From positions 178,560,001-178,624,000 of the forward strand of contig OZ024740.1 in NCBI GenBank assembly GCA_964016885.1: a stretch of 64,000 bases of DNA. The letters run 5' to 3'. Both the position numbers and the translations under genes were made by a program. The DNA comes from Eledone cirrhosa. Lineage: Eukaryota. Every line of letters begins with the position of its first letter. The stretch's first letter is position 1. The notes under the pieces were generated by a model, which was not told where the DNA came from, did not search any database, and saw nothing but the letters and a program-made list of their open reading frames with translations. Positions 1 to 12,005 of this stretch are shown here, in pieces.

Positions 1-95
1 GGGAACGGATGAAGAACCCAAAAGCACACGCTTCGTCAGTTCCCATGGCGATTCAATTTGGATTGCCTCGGAAACATAACCTTATTATGTAACAA

Positions 96-169
96 GCTGT
101 CGGATGATGTCACGACACTCACACACAGAACAGTGTGGCCAGTGTCGTCATTGAAATATATATCACAGC
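96..169 (+). ncRNA. Type I hammerhead ribozyme motif, U4G core variant
   Basis: Stem I GCTGT(96-100)/ACAGC(165-169); core CGGATGA(101-107); stem II ACGACACT/AGTGTCGT with an imperfect base; GAAA(153-156); minimal stem III T-ATAT-A; AUC cleavage triplet(162-164). Confidence 0.7.
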
Positions 170-194
170 ATTATTATTAAAGGACTTTCTAGCA

Positions 195-350
195 TATGCT
201 TTCTAGCATAGAGTTACGTCCCTTTACGGACTGAGTTCAAATCCCTCCAAGGTTAACTTTGCCTTTCATCCTTACGGGGTCGATAAAATAAAGTACCAGT
301 AATGTACTGGGTAATTGCTGGCCTTGTGCCAAACGTAGAATCAATTATTA
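195..350 (+). mobile_element. tRNA-derived SINE, 5'-truncated
   Basis: B-box-like GAGTTCAAATCC, body GCCTTTCATCCTTACGGGGTCGATAAAATAAAGTACCAGT and ATT tail; near-identical to copies at 1462, 44415 and 56662. Confidence 0.8.
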
Positions 351-389
351 TTAAAGGACTTGAACATCTGAAACTACTTCGTTTTCCTT

Positions 390-431
<42 letters not shown>

Positions 432-432
<1 letters not shown>

Positions 433-498
433 TTTTACTCTTTTACTCTTTTACATCTTCCAGCCATCCGGCTGAGGCCATGCTGGGGCATCGCCCTT
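432..498 (-). mobile_element. SINE 3' end fragment
   Basis: Minus strand AAGGGCGATGCCCCAGCATGGCC...GTAAAAGAGTAAAAGAG resembles, from memory, the 3' end of the common octopus SINE. Confidence 0.55.
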
Positions 499-619
499 GT
501 TGCTACACATTTTATCTCAAGCCTGTATTGGTTGGACACTGATGCAAGAGGGAGTTCGTTGCTGCTGCCCCTAGGTTTCCCTCGTGCCTTGCTGTGGGCA
601 TATATATATATATATATAT

Positions 620-760
620 TTATTAAAATAACAGATTAAAGTTTAAGCAAAGAATCGCTGCTTTCACCACTAAATATTTGCTCTACGGTTCTTATATATT
701 TGATATATATTTATCCTTATCGAGCCCTCTTTGGATTTTAGTCTTCAAATTTATTATTAT
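620..760. repeat. Rearranged fragment of the CAGAAGA-hammerhead repeat family
   Basis: 622-668 is the reverse complement of about 34842-34888; 673-760 matches 34889-34978 directly. Confidence 0.7.
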
Positions 761-763
761 TAC

Positions 764-832
<69 letters not shown>

Positions 833-944
833 TAAATATATATATATATACACATATATATATATATATATATATATACCTGTATGTATGTGTATGCGTA
901 TGTATGCGTATGTATGCGTTTGTATGTGTATGTATATGTATGCA

Positions 945-987
<43 letters not shown>

Positions 988-1084
988 GTGTATATGTGTA
1001 TGTGTGTATGTACGTATATTTATGTGTATGTATGTGTGTGAGTATATGTATATATGTGTGTGGGTAGGTAAATATGTATGTATG

Positions 1085-1174
<90 letters not shown>
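750..1174. repeat. (ATT)n, (TA)n and TATG/TG microsatellite block
   Basis: Seen directly; explains ORFs 678-1067 and 884-1231. Confidence 0.95.
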
Positions 1175-1175
<1 letters not shown>

Positions 1176-1461
1176 TAGCTAAACTATCCGTCCTTTGGAC
1201 GGTTCAAGTAGCTTTCGATGTAGCTCATTAAACTAAACAAAGTAAATTTGAATACATAGAAGAAAAACATACTTCATGTAAACATGAAAACCTTAGGCAC
1301 TATTCCAGCGAAATAATTAATATGTGAGCTCGGTGTCATCCGTTATACCATGTAACATCAGAAATCCAGTCTAGGTATAAATTTTTTTGACAACAGTAAA
1401 AGCGGTTCATGAAATAGAGAAGTGAAGTGAATAATAGACACTATTATGTACATAGGTTGGA

Positions 1462-1611
1462 TGCCATGCTTACCAGCATAGTTACGTCCCTTTACGATCT
1501 GAGTTCAAATCCCGCCGATGTTGACTTTGCCTTTCATCCTTACGGGGTCGATAAAATAAAGTACTAGTAATGCACTAGGTAATTGCTGGCCTTGTGCCTA
1601 AAGTACAAACA
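1462..1611 (+). mobile_element. SINE inserted in Helitron 1 with a 19-bp TSD
   Basis: TSD ATTATGTACATAGGTTGGA at 1443-1461 and 1612-1630; B box GAGTTCAAATCC. Confidence 0.9.
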
Positions 1612-1723
1612 ATTATGTACATAGGTTGGAATAACAATACAGATTGGACATAACAGGGGGGAACTGATGGATGAGTAAATCGTTATAAAAAGAGGTGGAT
1701 GTTGGGTGGGAGCAACATTTGGA

Positions 1724-4700
1724 TTATTGAAGAGCAGATTTATACACAACGTTTTTGGTTTTCCCGTCAGGAGCATACATAAATAGGCTGTCAGGATTAC
1801 CAACTCGAGAACAGCCAACGTAAAACTGACCATGTGAAAAGCAATGGGTTTGAAGATCCAGACAAACAACTTTGAGATTGGCCTTGAGATTTGTTTATGG
1901 TCATTGCAAAACTAGGCTTTTCATGGGAAATGGACAATCAGAGGGGGTAAAGGAAATTCATTTCGCCCGGGTCCTGTGATTATTTCTGCCTCAATTACAA
2001 GGTTCATCAGTTGCTTTACCACCAGCCTTGTTGCATTACAAAGAAAGAGGGGGGGGGGGGGGGGTGTAAATTACGTAGCAGGATAACAGGAGCTCCAACT
2101 TTTAGATACAACTCGTGAGGAGGTAGTCCTGGAGGATCCTGAGAGTTAAGAAACTCTGTTGGGAAGTTGGTCACTTGATCAAAGTCTGTAACAATGTCAA
2201 CTGACTTGTAACAGCGTTGAATAGAGGGCAACTGACCAACTATTTTGTGATTGATCAGCTTAACAGCAGCATTTGTAGGTGCAAGAATAGCCCTCTCACA
2301 AAGCCAATCAGTTGAAAGATTTGGATAAACTGAAGAACATAAGTCATCGGGCGTTGAAACTGAGCGGCCAATGCTAGAAGTATCAATGTATCCATTGTTG
2401 TCGGACTCAAGTTGACCATCTCCGATTTGGAGGAGTTGAGTGGAAAATGGCGTAGACGGACAACCAGTTTGTAATAGCGATCGCATATTAATTGTTAGTT
2501 TTTGTACCTCAACAAACTGCCAAAAAGAGGACTTTTTTAAGCAGGCATCCACTTCATCAGCAGGTGATCCATTTGGTACCACCGGAATTGTCTGTCTGAA
2601 GTCACCTGCGAGAAGAAGAGTGGCTCCTCCAAATATATTGTCATTAGATCTAAGATCTTTCATTGTGGCATCTAGTGCCTGAAGAGTGCCTTTATGGGAC
2701 ATGGTTGCCTCATCCCACACAATTAGTTTACAGCTTTTCAACAGAGCAGCTTCGTCAGAACTATGTGAGATATTGCAGATGACATTCTCTTGATGGACGA
2801 CGTTCAGTGGCAGCTTGAAGGTCGAGTGTGCTGTGCGCCACCTTCTAAAAGAGTCGCAGCTTTACCTGAAGAGGCAACAGCAAGTGTAATGTCGCCATTC
2901 TGCCTTACCTTGGCAAGAATAAGATTAAGCAGAAATGTTTTACCGGTCCCTCCAGGTGCATCTATGAAGATAATCCCGCCAGTATTGCTGTATACCTTGT
3001 TTATAACGGATTTGTATGCAGATTCTTGATCTGGATTAAGGAGAGACTCGTTGACAGCTACGTATTGTCGAAGGATGGTTTTGTCGTAGCTGGTTTCTCT
3101 AAGGAGGAGTCGATTAAAAGTTTGCTCTTGGTTTGTATCCGGAGAAGGGAAGCAGCATGCCTCCAAACATTGACCTCCAATTGCCACAACTAAGTCCTCC
3201 AAGATAATTAGACCAGCGTTATACATAGAGGGGGTAAAAGCAGTGGTGGAATTTTCGGTAGTATGACAGGTTTGAAGCCATATATCGTGGCACATGTGGT
3301 CCCTGTATTTATTCCACAACAAAGGTGAGTTAACAAAGTTGCAGAAAACCAGAATAATGGCGAATAGATGCCGAAGCTTTGAGGGAGATCGACGGAGAGA
3401 CGCTTCCTCAAGTATACTCTCATAATGGTTGTCCGTATCGATGAGTCCCCGTTTAAAGCAGGCGTCCTTGAATGTCTTGCATAATTGACCATCCACTCTG
3501 TGAAGGGCTGCAAAGGATGTTGGTCCACGTACAACGTGAAGCAGCAGCCGAAGATGGAAGCATTCGAAGTTCAAAGGATGAAGAGTATAGACGCGTCCTA
3601 TTGTGTCACTTTCAAAAATGGCAGGATCTGAATCGATATGTCGGCCCTGTTTTCTTCTTTGCCATAAGAAAGTTGAGTGGTTCCAAGAATAATAATGAGA
3701 AACATCAACATACAGTAGACTTTTTGCGTATGAGTCAACCGTACAGAGTTCGAAAAATGCAGTCAAAGTTGACCTACGCGGGGCAAGAACTTGTTGACGT
3801 AAGATTTCTTCAGTGAAGTAAACTCTCTGCTTGTCCTCTAAGTGAACACTGAGATGTTGAACAAAGGGGAATCGCTCGTGTATAGAGAAACGAAACATTC
3901 TCCAAACGGCCTCATTGGTTGAGATATAACGCCCTATTTGAAACAGTTCTACCTCATCTGTTGATGCAGCTGTTGTTCCTGTTTGTGCCACTTGAAAGAC
4001 GGATCTATCGGATCCCTTATTGACGTATTTGCAAACGTAACGTATAGATTTAACTGAGTTACAATATTCAACGTTAATGCGTATTAAATGTCTTGCATAG
4101 CATCTTGTTATGTGGAACAACCCATTTGTTATCAATTGTAAATTCTCGGTTAGATCCATGTTTGATTGTTGCTGTGAAACCTCCATGTCCAGGAGCTCTT
4201 CTGCGATATAATGGGTAACCGTGGTTACCTGTGATCGTCTCAGCCAAAATCTTTCCTGGATATTTCTTAGTGCATTTTCTGTTTGCCATGCATGAATACG
4301 TAGAATTAAAGTGCCGACATGGCCCATGAACCATATTTTTTCGAATGATTTCGTACAACTGGGGGTCTTCATTGGGATTTGGAAATTCTGCACTTATGAC
4401 TGTGTCCACGTCAGAGGGTCGAAGTTTGCTTTGTAGCCAGAGTAAGATGTGGGCGTGAGGTAGACCACGATTTTGCCATTCAACAGAATACATAAAACAT
4501 TTGATCGGCCCGAAAATGTCACCACATTTAAACAAATCAATCATTTTACGAACTTTAAGATGAAAAACGCGAGCAGTGATGTTTCAGAAGCTATCGCAGC
4601 AGTCCGATAAGCACAATCGGAAGCCTGGCGACGTATGCGTTATTCAGGTGTCTCCGCAGCTCTCGAGGCACCAGTCGCGGCAGCATTGCGTTTTCTTCGA

Positions 4701-5023
4701 GTTGCACGCTGTTCAGGTGTCTCCGCAGCTCTTGAAGAAGCAGTCGCGGCAACATTCAGCACTAACCGAATAGTACGTTCCGCTGTAGACTCATTTGATC
4801 GTGAAGCAGCAGTGGTTTGTGCATTTTTTGCTATACGGGCCGCAAGCTTTTCTACTGAGTATCGATGTGATGAATGCGAAGTATTGAGACTTGCGTTGTA
4901 GGCAGCTAATGTCGATAACCTAGTTGTCCTCTGCTCCTCAGTTTCATTAGCTCGACGCTGCTTTTCCTTAACCACACCCATCGACAATCTGCTGAGGCAA
5001 CTTCTTTTTTTTCCACGAGGCAT
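1724..5023 (-). pseudogene. RepHel pseudogene (STPR-like repeats, HUH Rep, PIF1-family helicase)
   Basis: MPRGKKR start; RAAETPEQRATR repeats; Rep motif 2 VEWQNRGLPHAHILLW; motif 3 RYVCKYVNKG; Walker A DAPGGTGKT; Walker B IVWDEATM; GDFRQTIPV; FAMTINKSQGQ; KTKNVVY then stop at 1724. Several frameshifts. Confidence 0.93.
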
Positions 5024-6797
5024 CGAAACGGAATGTGTAAAGTAGACACGATATAACACAATCGAATGTATAAATAAAGATTAATTGTAAAATGTATTTG
5101 AAGTACATGTAGCGGTAGAACGTTCGAAATGTACAGTGTATGTAAGTTAATAACTAACTTATATGTCAGAAATGTCGTCTAATCAATGCGAAAAAATAGA
5201 ATAATTCTAAGTCTCTGATGTATAAACCAAACTTTAGATAAATTTAAGCATAATATTGTAAAAGTTATGACACCACTTAATGTATGAACATCAAGCTTGA
5301 AGCGATAACAAATCTATAACTTAACTTAGTAATCTGTTAGAAATTGCTGGTTGTGAAATATACAAAATGATAGTGGTAGTCTCTTTGTTTCAAGTACAAA
5401 GAGTAAATTAAAATCCGTTTGAGCCGAATTACGAAAGATAACTCTTGATTACGAAAGATAACTCTTGTCTTACTTAATCACGAAAATTCACACAAATAAC
5501 CGAAACATTTTTAATGTCTCCAAAGGCCCCAATATCGATTTTTTAACATGTACAGGTTTTGTGCAAGGAGAAGCTCTGTAAAAAATCTCAAAGAAATCGC
5601 ATGAATGGTTTAGAATATATGAGCCCTCATTAAAAAAAATTGTCCACTCACACATACACATACATACAGAAACAAACTACAGATATATATATATATATAC
5701 ATATACACACAGAAACAAACTACAGATTTATATATATACAGATATATATATATATATACTCCACTACCTTAAGTTCTGCTTCAGTGTGTATATTTTTCCC
5801 GTTATTTTATTTTATTTTATTTCTTATCTTTATTTTATTATATACTAGCAGTAAAGCCCGGCGTTTCTCGGGGCTGCTCAGTAGTTGTGTTAAAGTTACA
5901 ATGTTAAGTTCCTTTCTAGGCTTAAAAACTGTAGAGTCTACTGTGTAGACTTTCATGTGGTACTTTTGATTAATATTCCCTCAACCAACAGTATGCCTTA
6001 TGAAGTTAAGAAAACATAACCATAACCCGAATGTTAAAACAAAAGAGGATGCTGGGGATAAAAACTGCACTGGTAATCTATTAACAAAAATCGAAAATGT
6101 AAACACTGCAACACATGTCTCAGAGACAAACATCAGCGTAACCAAACTATCAGTTATTTTGAAACAAAAAAATTGGATGGACATGAAAAACAAAAGAAAA
6201 ATGCGTTAAGCCAAGTCGAGGGGCAGGCAGCATCAAGGAGGTTCGCACCTGTGATAAAAAATATTGACGATGTAATAGCATAGATGTTTAAGTATAAACT
6301 ATGAAGAGCTCATAACATACCCATGGTGAGATTATAGACAGCCATAGCATGCGAAATGGACAGCTGCAGCAAAAGCCATATTCACCAAAAAATCGCTGAA
6401 ATCAACAAAATAGAAATGCTGCTTCCATTGCATCTTCACATGCAATTGAGAATGATGACGAAAGTTTACTTCGACGCACCAGAAATGGTGTTGTTGCGTG
6501 TTGTCTAGGTCGGAATGCATATTGAAACAATGAAAGAAATGACGGGAACAATATTTGTATGTATGCACCAAGTTGTGTGTGTCTATGTATTAAACGCTGG
6601 ACTTGTCAGTAACTGGAGGGGCGTCCTTAACAATCGACAGCATCGATTTCAGAGTCTGTTTTGATTTGCGAGCAATTCTGGTCCTTAGAGGCCTAGGTGT
6701 CAATAGAATGCATTGCATCGATGTTGAATACAGGTTTCTTTGAAGCTATATATTTAAGGCAGTCGGTGTAACATTGTCGCTTTGAACCCAAAAAACC

Positions 6798-9700
6798 CTA
6801 TAATACCTCACGGTATACAATATTCTTTGTTTTTCCGTTTGGAGCAAAAGCAAAGAGGTTGTTCCGGCTGCCAACTTGAGAACATCCAACGTAGAATTGT
6901 CTATGTGAAAAACATGGCTCCTCCAGGTGAAGTCCTGCCACAGATAAAGTCTGACCCTGGGACTTGTTGATGGACATAGCAAAGGCAGCACGAAGGGGAA
7001 ATTTGGTTCTTTTAAAAGAATAGGGTGCATCCACTCCTGATGTAGTAAGAGTTACCGTAGGTATTAAAACATCTTCTTTTCCACACCCCGACATAATCGT
7101 AGCATAAATAATGTGCTGTGACATCCTATTGACAACAAGGCGTGTACCATTGCAAAGCTTCGGAGGGGTTATATTCCTGAGAAGTATAACTGCACATCCT
7201 TCCTTGAGAGACAAAATATGTTGAGGTAGACCGGGAATATCCAATGAATTGAGGAATTCAATGGGATAATTGACCGCATCATGTGGATCAACATTGGTAT
7301 CAATAGACTTAAAAGTCTTATCATTTTCAGGAAGACTTTCAAGCATTTGGCGATTAATGGCGGAGACAGTGACATTTGTAGGAGCTAATATAGCCCTCTC
7401 ACACAGCCACGTATGATTGCGGTAATTATCTGCCAAGTTGGGAAAAACTGCTGCCTTGAGATCTTCGACAGTGTTAACCAGACAGCATATATTGTCGAGT
7501 GCAATGTCTCCATGCACATCTGAAGGTACTTTGCCGTCGCCAAGAATGAGAAGGTCTTCAGCAAATTTTTCAGACACAGTATCGCCAGGCAGTTGAACAC
7601 GCATGTTAGTGGTCAGACGAAGTGTTGTTCCCTGTTGCCACAATGGAGAAAACTTCAGGCAGGCCCGAACTTGATCCGCTCTGGTGCCCTTTGGAATAAC
7701 CGGCAAAGTTTGTCTAAAGTCCCCTGAAAGCAAAAGAGTTTCACCCCCCCCCCATGGTCTTCTGACGATCTCTAATGTCTTTCAATGTTCTATCTAAGGC
7801 CTCAATAGCTCCTTTGTGAGCCATGGTGCATTCATTCCACACAATCAGTTGGGACCTTCGTAGCAGTTCTGCTCTTGGACTATCCTTGGTGATGTCACAG
7901 AGCGGTGTTTCAGCTGATACCAAGTTAAGTGGAAACTTAAAGGTATTCTGCCTCCAGGAAGTAGTGTTGCTGCAATACCGGATGATGCAACGGCTATTGC
8001 AATAACTTCATTCTGTCTAACTTTGGCAAGAAGAAGTTCAGTAACAAAGGTTTTTCCAGTGCCTCCAGGGGCATCGAGACAGAAGATACCACCCCATCGA
8101 TGAAATACATAGTCGGTGATAGTTTTGTATGCAAATTGCTGATCCGGAAGTAGTTTTGGTTCCATTTCAAACACATATCTATCTAGAGTGTCGGCATCAT
8201 AAGATGTTTCTTGGATGATGAGAGTTGGAATTTTATTATTATTAGAATCAGTGCGGTGGGTTTGTGGCAGTCCGTATGCTGGCAAGGCATTCCCATCCAT
8301 AAGGAAAATCCTGTCCTCTATGTCTATAAGCCCTTTATTGTATAAATCATCACTGAAATCTAAATCTACTTCTATGTCAAGAAGTAGTAGTTGAGCCTGG
8401 CGCAGGAAGTCCTCAGACAGTCGGTTCAGAAACTTCAACCATAATGTGTAGGGATCACCAATGTTACATAAGATAAGAAACTTTGCAAAGAGCTCTCGTA
8501 GGCTTCCAGCTGAGTGTGATGAAGCGATCTCCGCCAAAGTTGCATTCTATCGAGAGTCAGCTTCAAGCATTCCACGAGCCAAACAGGCATCTCTGTATGT
8601 AGACCAAACACGATTACCGTTCTGAGGTCCTGAAACCTGGTCGGTCCTTTGACCTCATGCAGTAGCATTCGAAGATAGAAGCACTCGTGTTGATTTGGAG
8701 GAATCGTATACACTCGTCCCAAGCAATTAGTGAATTTGATCCCGGGAACTCCAATAACTGGTTGGTCAGTCTTTCTGTTCTCCATGTTTTTTTTATTCCA
8801 TGTGTAGTATGATGGCACCTGAGAATACAGCAATGATTTTGCGAAGTCATCGTATTCGCACAGTTTAAAAAATCCAGTTAAAGTTGTCTCCTTGGGGTCT
8901 GTGTCAATTCAGCGGCATTTTTCTTGGTATAGTACATCCATTGACCGTGTTCTAGGTGTACATCTAATTTTACAATTGAAGGGTGCCTATCATGTATTGG
9001 AAATCCGAAGATTCGCCAAAAGGCTTCGCTACTACTTATGTAGCGCCCTACTTGGAATTGCGTTAATTCGTCTCTATTGTTTTCGTTGAGTATACCGAAC
9101 GAAGCAGCGTCAGCACCCTTATTAACATACTTACATATGTATTTGATGCACTTGACGGAGCTGCAGAATTCAACATTAATGTGTGCGTTGAAAGTACTGA
9201 GCAGGAGTGGGCAATAGGGAATGATCCATCGGTTGTCAACCTCGCAATTTTTAACCCTTGCCGTAAAACCCCCCTCTTCACATCGCCTACGTCTATATAA
9301 TGGGTAGCCATCATTGGCAGTCTGAGTATCGCGAATAAATTGACGAGTGCATCTTTTATTGCCTGTAACGCATTGTAAATCAGTTCTAAAGCCAGGCCCA
9401 CATGGACGATGCACCATATGTGCCCTAACTTTCATGTACTAGTCCTTGTCAGTGGAAGGATCCGGTAATTGTGCAGAGATAATCCTGTCAATGTCGTCAG
9501 GACTAACTTTTGTTGTCAGCCAAATAAGAATATGAGCATGGGGGAGGACCCTTTTTGCCATTCGTTTGTGTATATGTCACATTGAACTGGTCCGAAAAAT
9601 CTCACCTAATTTGATAAGATCCATAAGCTTAAGTAACTTAATACGGAATACTCTAGCCGCGAGATCATGTAGACCTGTGGCGTTCTGACAAAGAAGGAGT

Positions 9701-12005
9701 TCGCCCTCAATCTCCTTCCAATTGGGGTTGCAAGTAAATGTTATAAATAAGTCTGGCCTACCGTAATGTCTTACAATGGTCATGGCGTCCTTTCATGCAT
9801 ATATCGAGGGCTTCCCGTGAAGGTAGATGGCAGAATGCATACTTTTCCAAGACTCTCAGGATACGCATCATTGTTCATTCCATCACGAAGGTGTATGTAA
9901 CTGTCACAACGCAACTTTTTTTGATTGAGTTTGATAAAACACAATCTCTCAGATACCATTTTGCACTCATGTCAGTTGCATACTGGTTGAAAAGGTCTTT
10001 TGAGCGATGGAGGTGACTAAAACAGTCATCTCGGATCATGAATCGGAAGGCATAGAAGTCCTTGCATGAAACTGTTTTGGTAGAATGAACCTCTGAATTG
10101 GTAGATTTACATTGTGGAATGCCAAAATGGTATCCGTCCTCTCCATATACCAAAAGCAGCGGGTGTGTTTCACTGATCCGTTGAAGTCCGTGGTCGCGAT
10201 GCTTGATAATAATGTCACGTTTGTTGTGCTGATCAACAGTGAGAAGTATTGCAACCTCATTGAAAGAAGGTGAATTATAGCGGCCTGCATGTTATCCAGA
10301 TGGCCACTTGTCAGCATGAATGACGACATAGTAATTGTCCACGGAGCTGTTTCTAACGCGTATTTGAAGCTCTGAACGTAGCTGTTATGAGTATGAAGCA
10401 TGTCCTGAAGTTCAACACGGAGCTCCAGTCTAGTGTCAGAAGCAATTGAGTATTTGAGTACTTGTTGCTTGTGGACAGTAAATTGAGTTTTGAGTTTTTT
10501 CTTTTGGGAAGGCAAATGTATTTCGCCTTGTAGCTTGTTCAAGACAGTTGGGCATAAAGTAGACCTGAAGAAATTGGGGCTCTTTATAAGCTACAGGATC
10601 CAGCGATCCGATAAGATGATAAACCTGACCTTGAACTTTGAAAGTGGGCATAAATCCACCTTCATACTCATAACTCGATCCAAAAGATGTCATTTGGAAG
10701 GCACAATTGTAATGTCGAATATCTTGAAGGAAACCTCTTGAGAGTGAATGGGTGTTGTAAGAAGAAGCCTCAATGGCTGTGGTGGATCCCTAGGAGGGTG
10801 CAAGTTGACCTTACCATTAGAGCAGTACATTCCGGCTGGTTGACCCAGCCACTTTTTGGCTTTGCAAAACTGGCAAATTTCAGACATGCCGCCGATTTGA
10901 ATATGAGGGTGTGTAGCATAATTAATAGCGGAGACATAATTGAAAGCCTTCAATGACAATTGTGATTTCGCAGCCCTCGAAATACCCTGCGTATTGGTTT
11001 TATACTGCCCCCCCCCAGTCGAATAGTTAGGATAGCTGCTGTCTCTGCTTCTCGCGCAGCTGCAGTAGCTGCCGCGTCTCTGGTCTGACGAAGATCACGT
11101 TCAACATCATTTTCTTCATCTCGCGCAGCTGCCGTAGCAGCCGCGTCTCTGCTCTGACGAAGATCACGTTCAACATCATTCTCTGCAGTTCGCGCAACTG
11201 CCGTAGCAACCGCGTCTCTGCTCTGACGAAGATCACGTTCAACATCATTCTCTGCAGTTCGCGCAACTGCCGCAGGAGCCGCGTCTCTGCTCTGACGAAG
11301 ATCACGTTCAACATCATTCTCTGCAGTTCGCGCAACTGCCGCAGCAGCCGCGTCTCTGCTCTGACGAAGATCACGTTCAACATCATTCTCTGCAGTTCGC
11401 GCAACTGCCGCAGGAGCCGCGTCTCTGCTCTGACGAAGATCACGTTCAACATCATTCTCTGCAGTTCGCGCAACTGCCGTAGCAACCGCGTCTCTGCTCT
11501 GACGAAGATCACGTTCAACATCATTCTCTGCAGTTCGCGCAACTGCCGTAGCAGCCGTGTCTCTGCTCTGACGAAGATCACGTTCAACATCATTCTCTGC
11601 AGCTCGCGCAGCTGCCATTGCAGCCGCGTCTCTGCTCTGACGAAGTTTACGCTGAACATCATTCTCTGCAGCTCGCGCAGCTGCTTTTGCCTTTGCATTT
11701 CTTGCAAGCCGAGTTTGAGATTCCTCGTTATTCACTGCAGCATGTGAGGATGCAGTTGAAGAAGCATTTCTGGTGCGTCAAAGTAAACACTCGTCATCAT
11801 TCTCTGTTGTATGTGAAGATACAATGGAAGCAGAATTTCTGGCCCGTCGACTCAAGCAATGCTCATCGATAGACAGGGCTCTCGCATTCACTGAACACCC
11901 CACAATTTGAGGCTGTCTAATGCTCGACGACGCCTCAGTCAGCCTCATTCTTTTCGTTATCTGCGACCGCGTCAGTCGTAATAAGGGCATCTTCTTTTTA
12001 GGCAT
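6798..12005 (-). pseudogene. RepHel pseudogene (STPR-like array, Zn finger, HUH Rep, PIF1 helicase)
   Basis: MPKKKMP start; CQFCKAKKW..YCSNGKV; FKVQGQVYH; Rep motif 1 PDLFITFTCNPNW; motif 2 LPHAHIL; motif 3 KYICKYVNKG; DAPGGTGKT; GDFRQTLPV; FAMSINKSQGQTL; KTKNIVYREVL. Many frameshifts and stops. Confidence 0.95.
11040..11690 (-). repeat. 69-bp tandem array (about 9 units) encoding 23-aa STPR-like repeats
   Basis: GATCACGTTCAACATCATT recurs at 11093, 11162, 11231 and so on with period 69; translation (ENDVERDLRQSRDAAATAVARTA)n. Confidence 0.92.

Larger units (their letters stand above)
1175..5742 (-). mobile_element. Helitron 1, internally deleted, inserted in (TA)n
   Basis: 3' end: hairpin CCGTCC-TTT-GGACGG(1188-1202) and terminal CTAG(1175-1178). 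5' end: TCTGTATATATATAA at 5742, position approximate because the end motif is duplicated near 5683. A|T target; RepHel remnants inside. Confidence 0.9.

Noticed and set aside
1724-8537. Host PIF1 helicase genes
   Set aside because: Both are fused to HUH Rep motifs, intronless, frameshifted and enclosed by Helitron termini.
11027-11707. 226-aa repetitive ORF (RELQRMMLNVIFVRAETRLL)n and a possible CRISPR-like array
   Set aside because: Alternative frame of the 69-bp array; units abut with no unique spacers, the context is eukaryotic and there are no cas genes.
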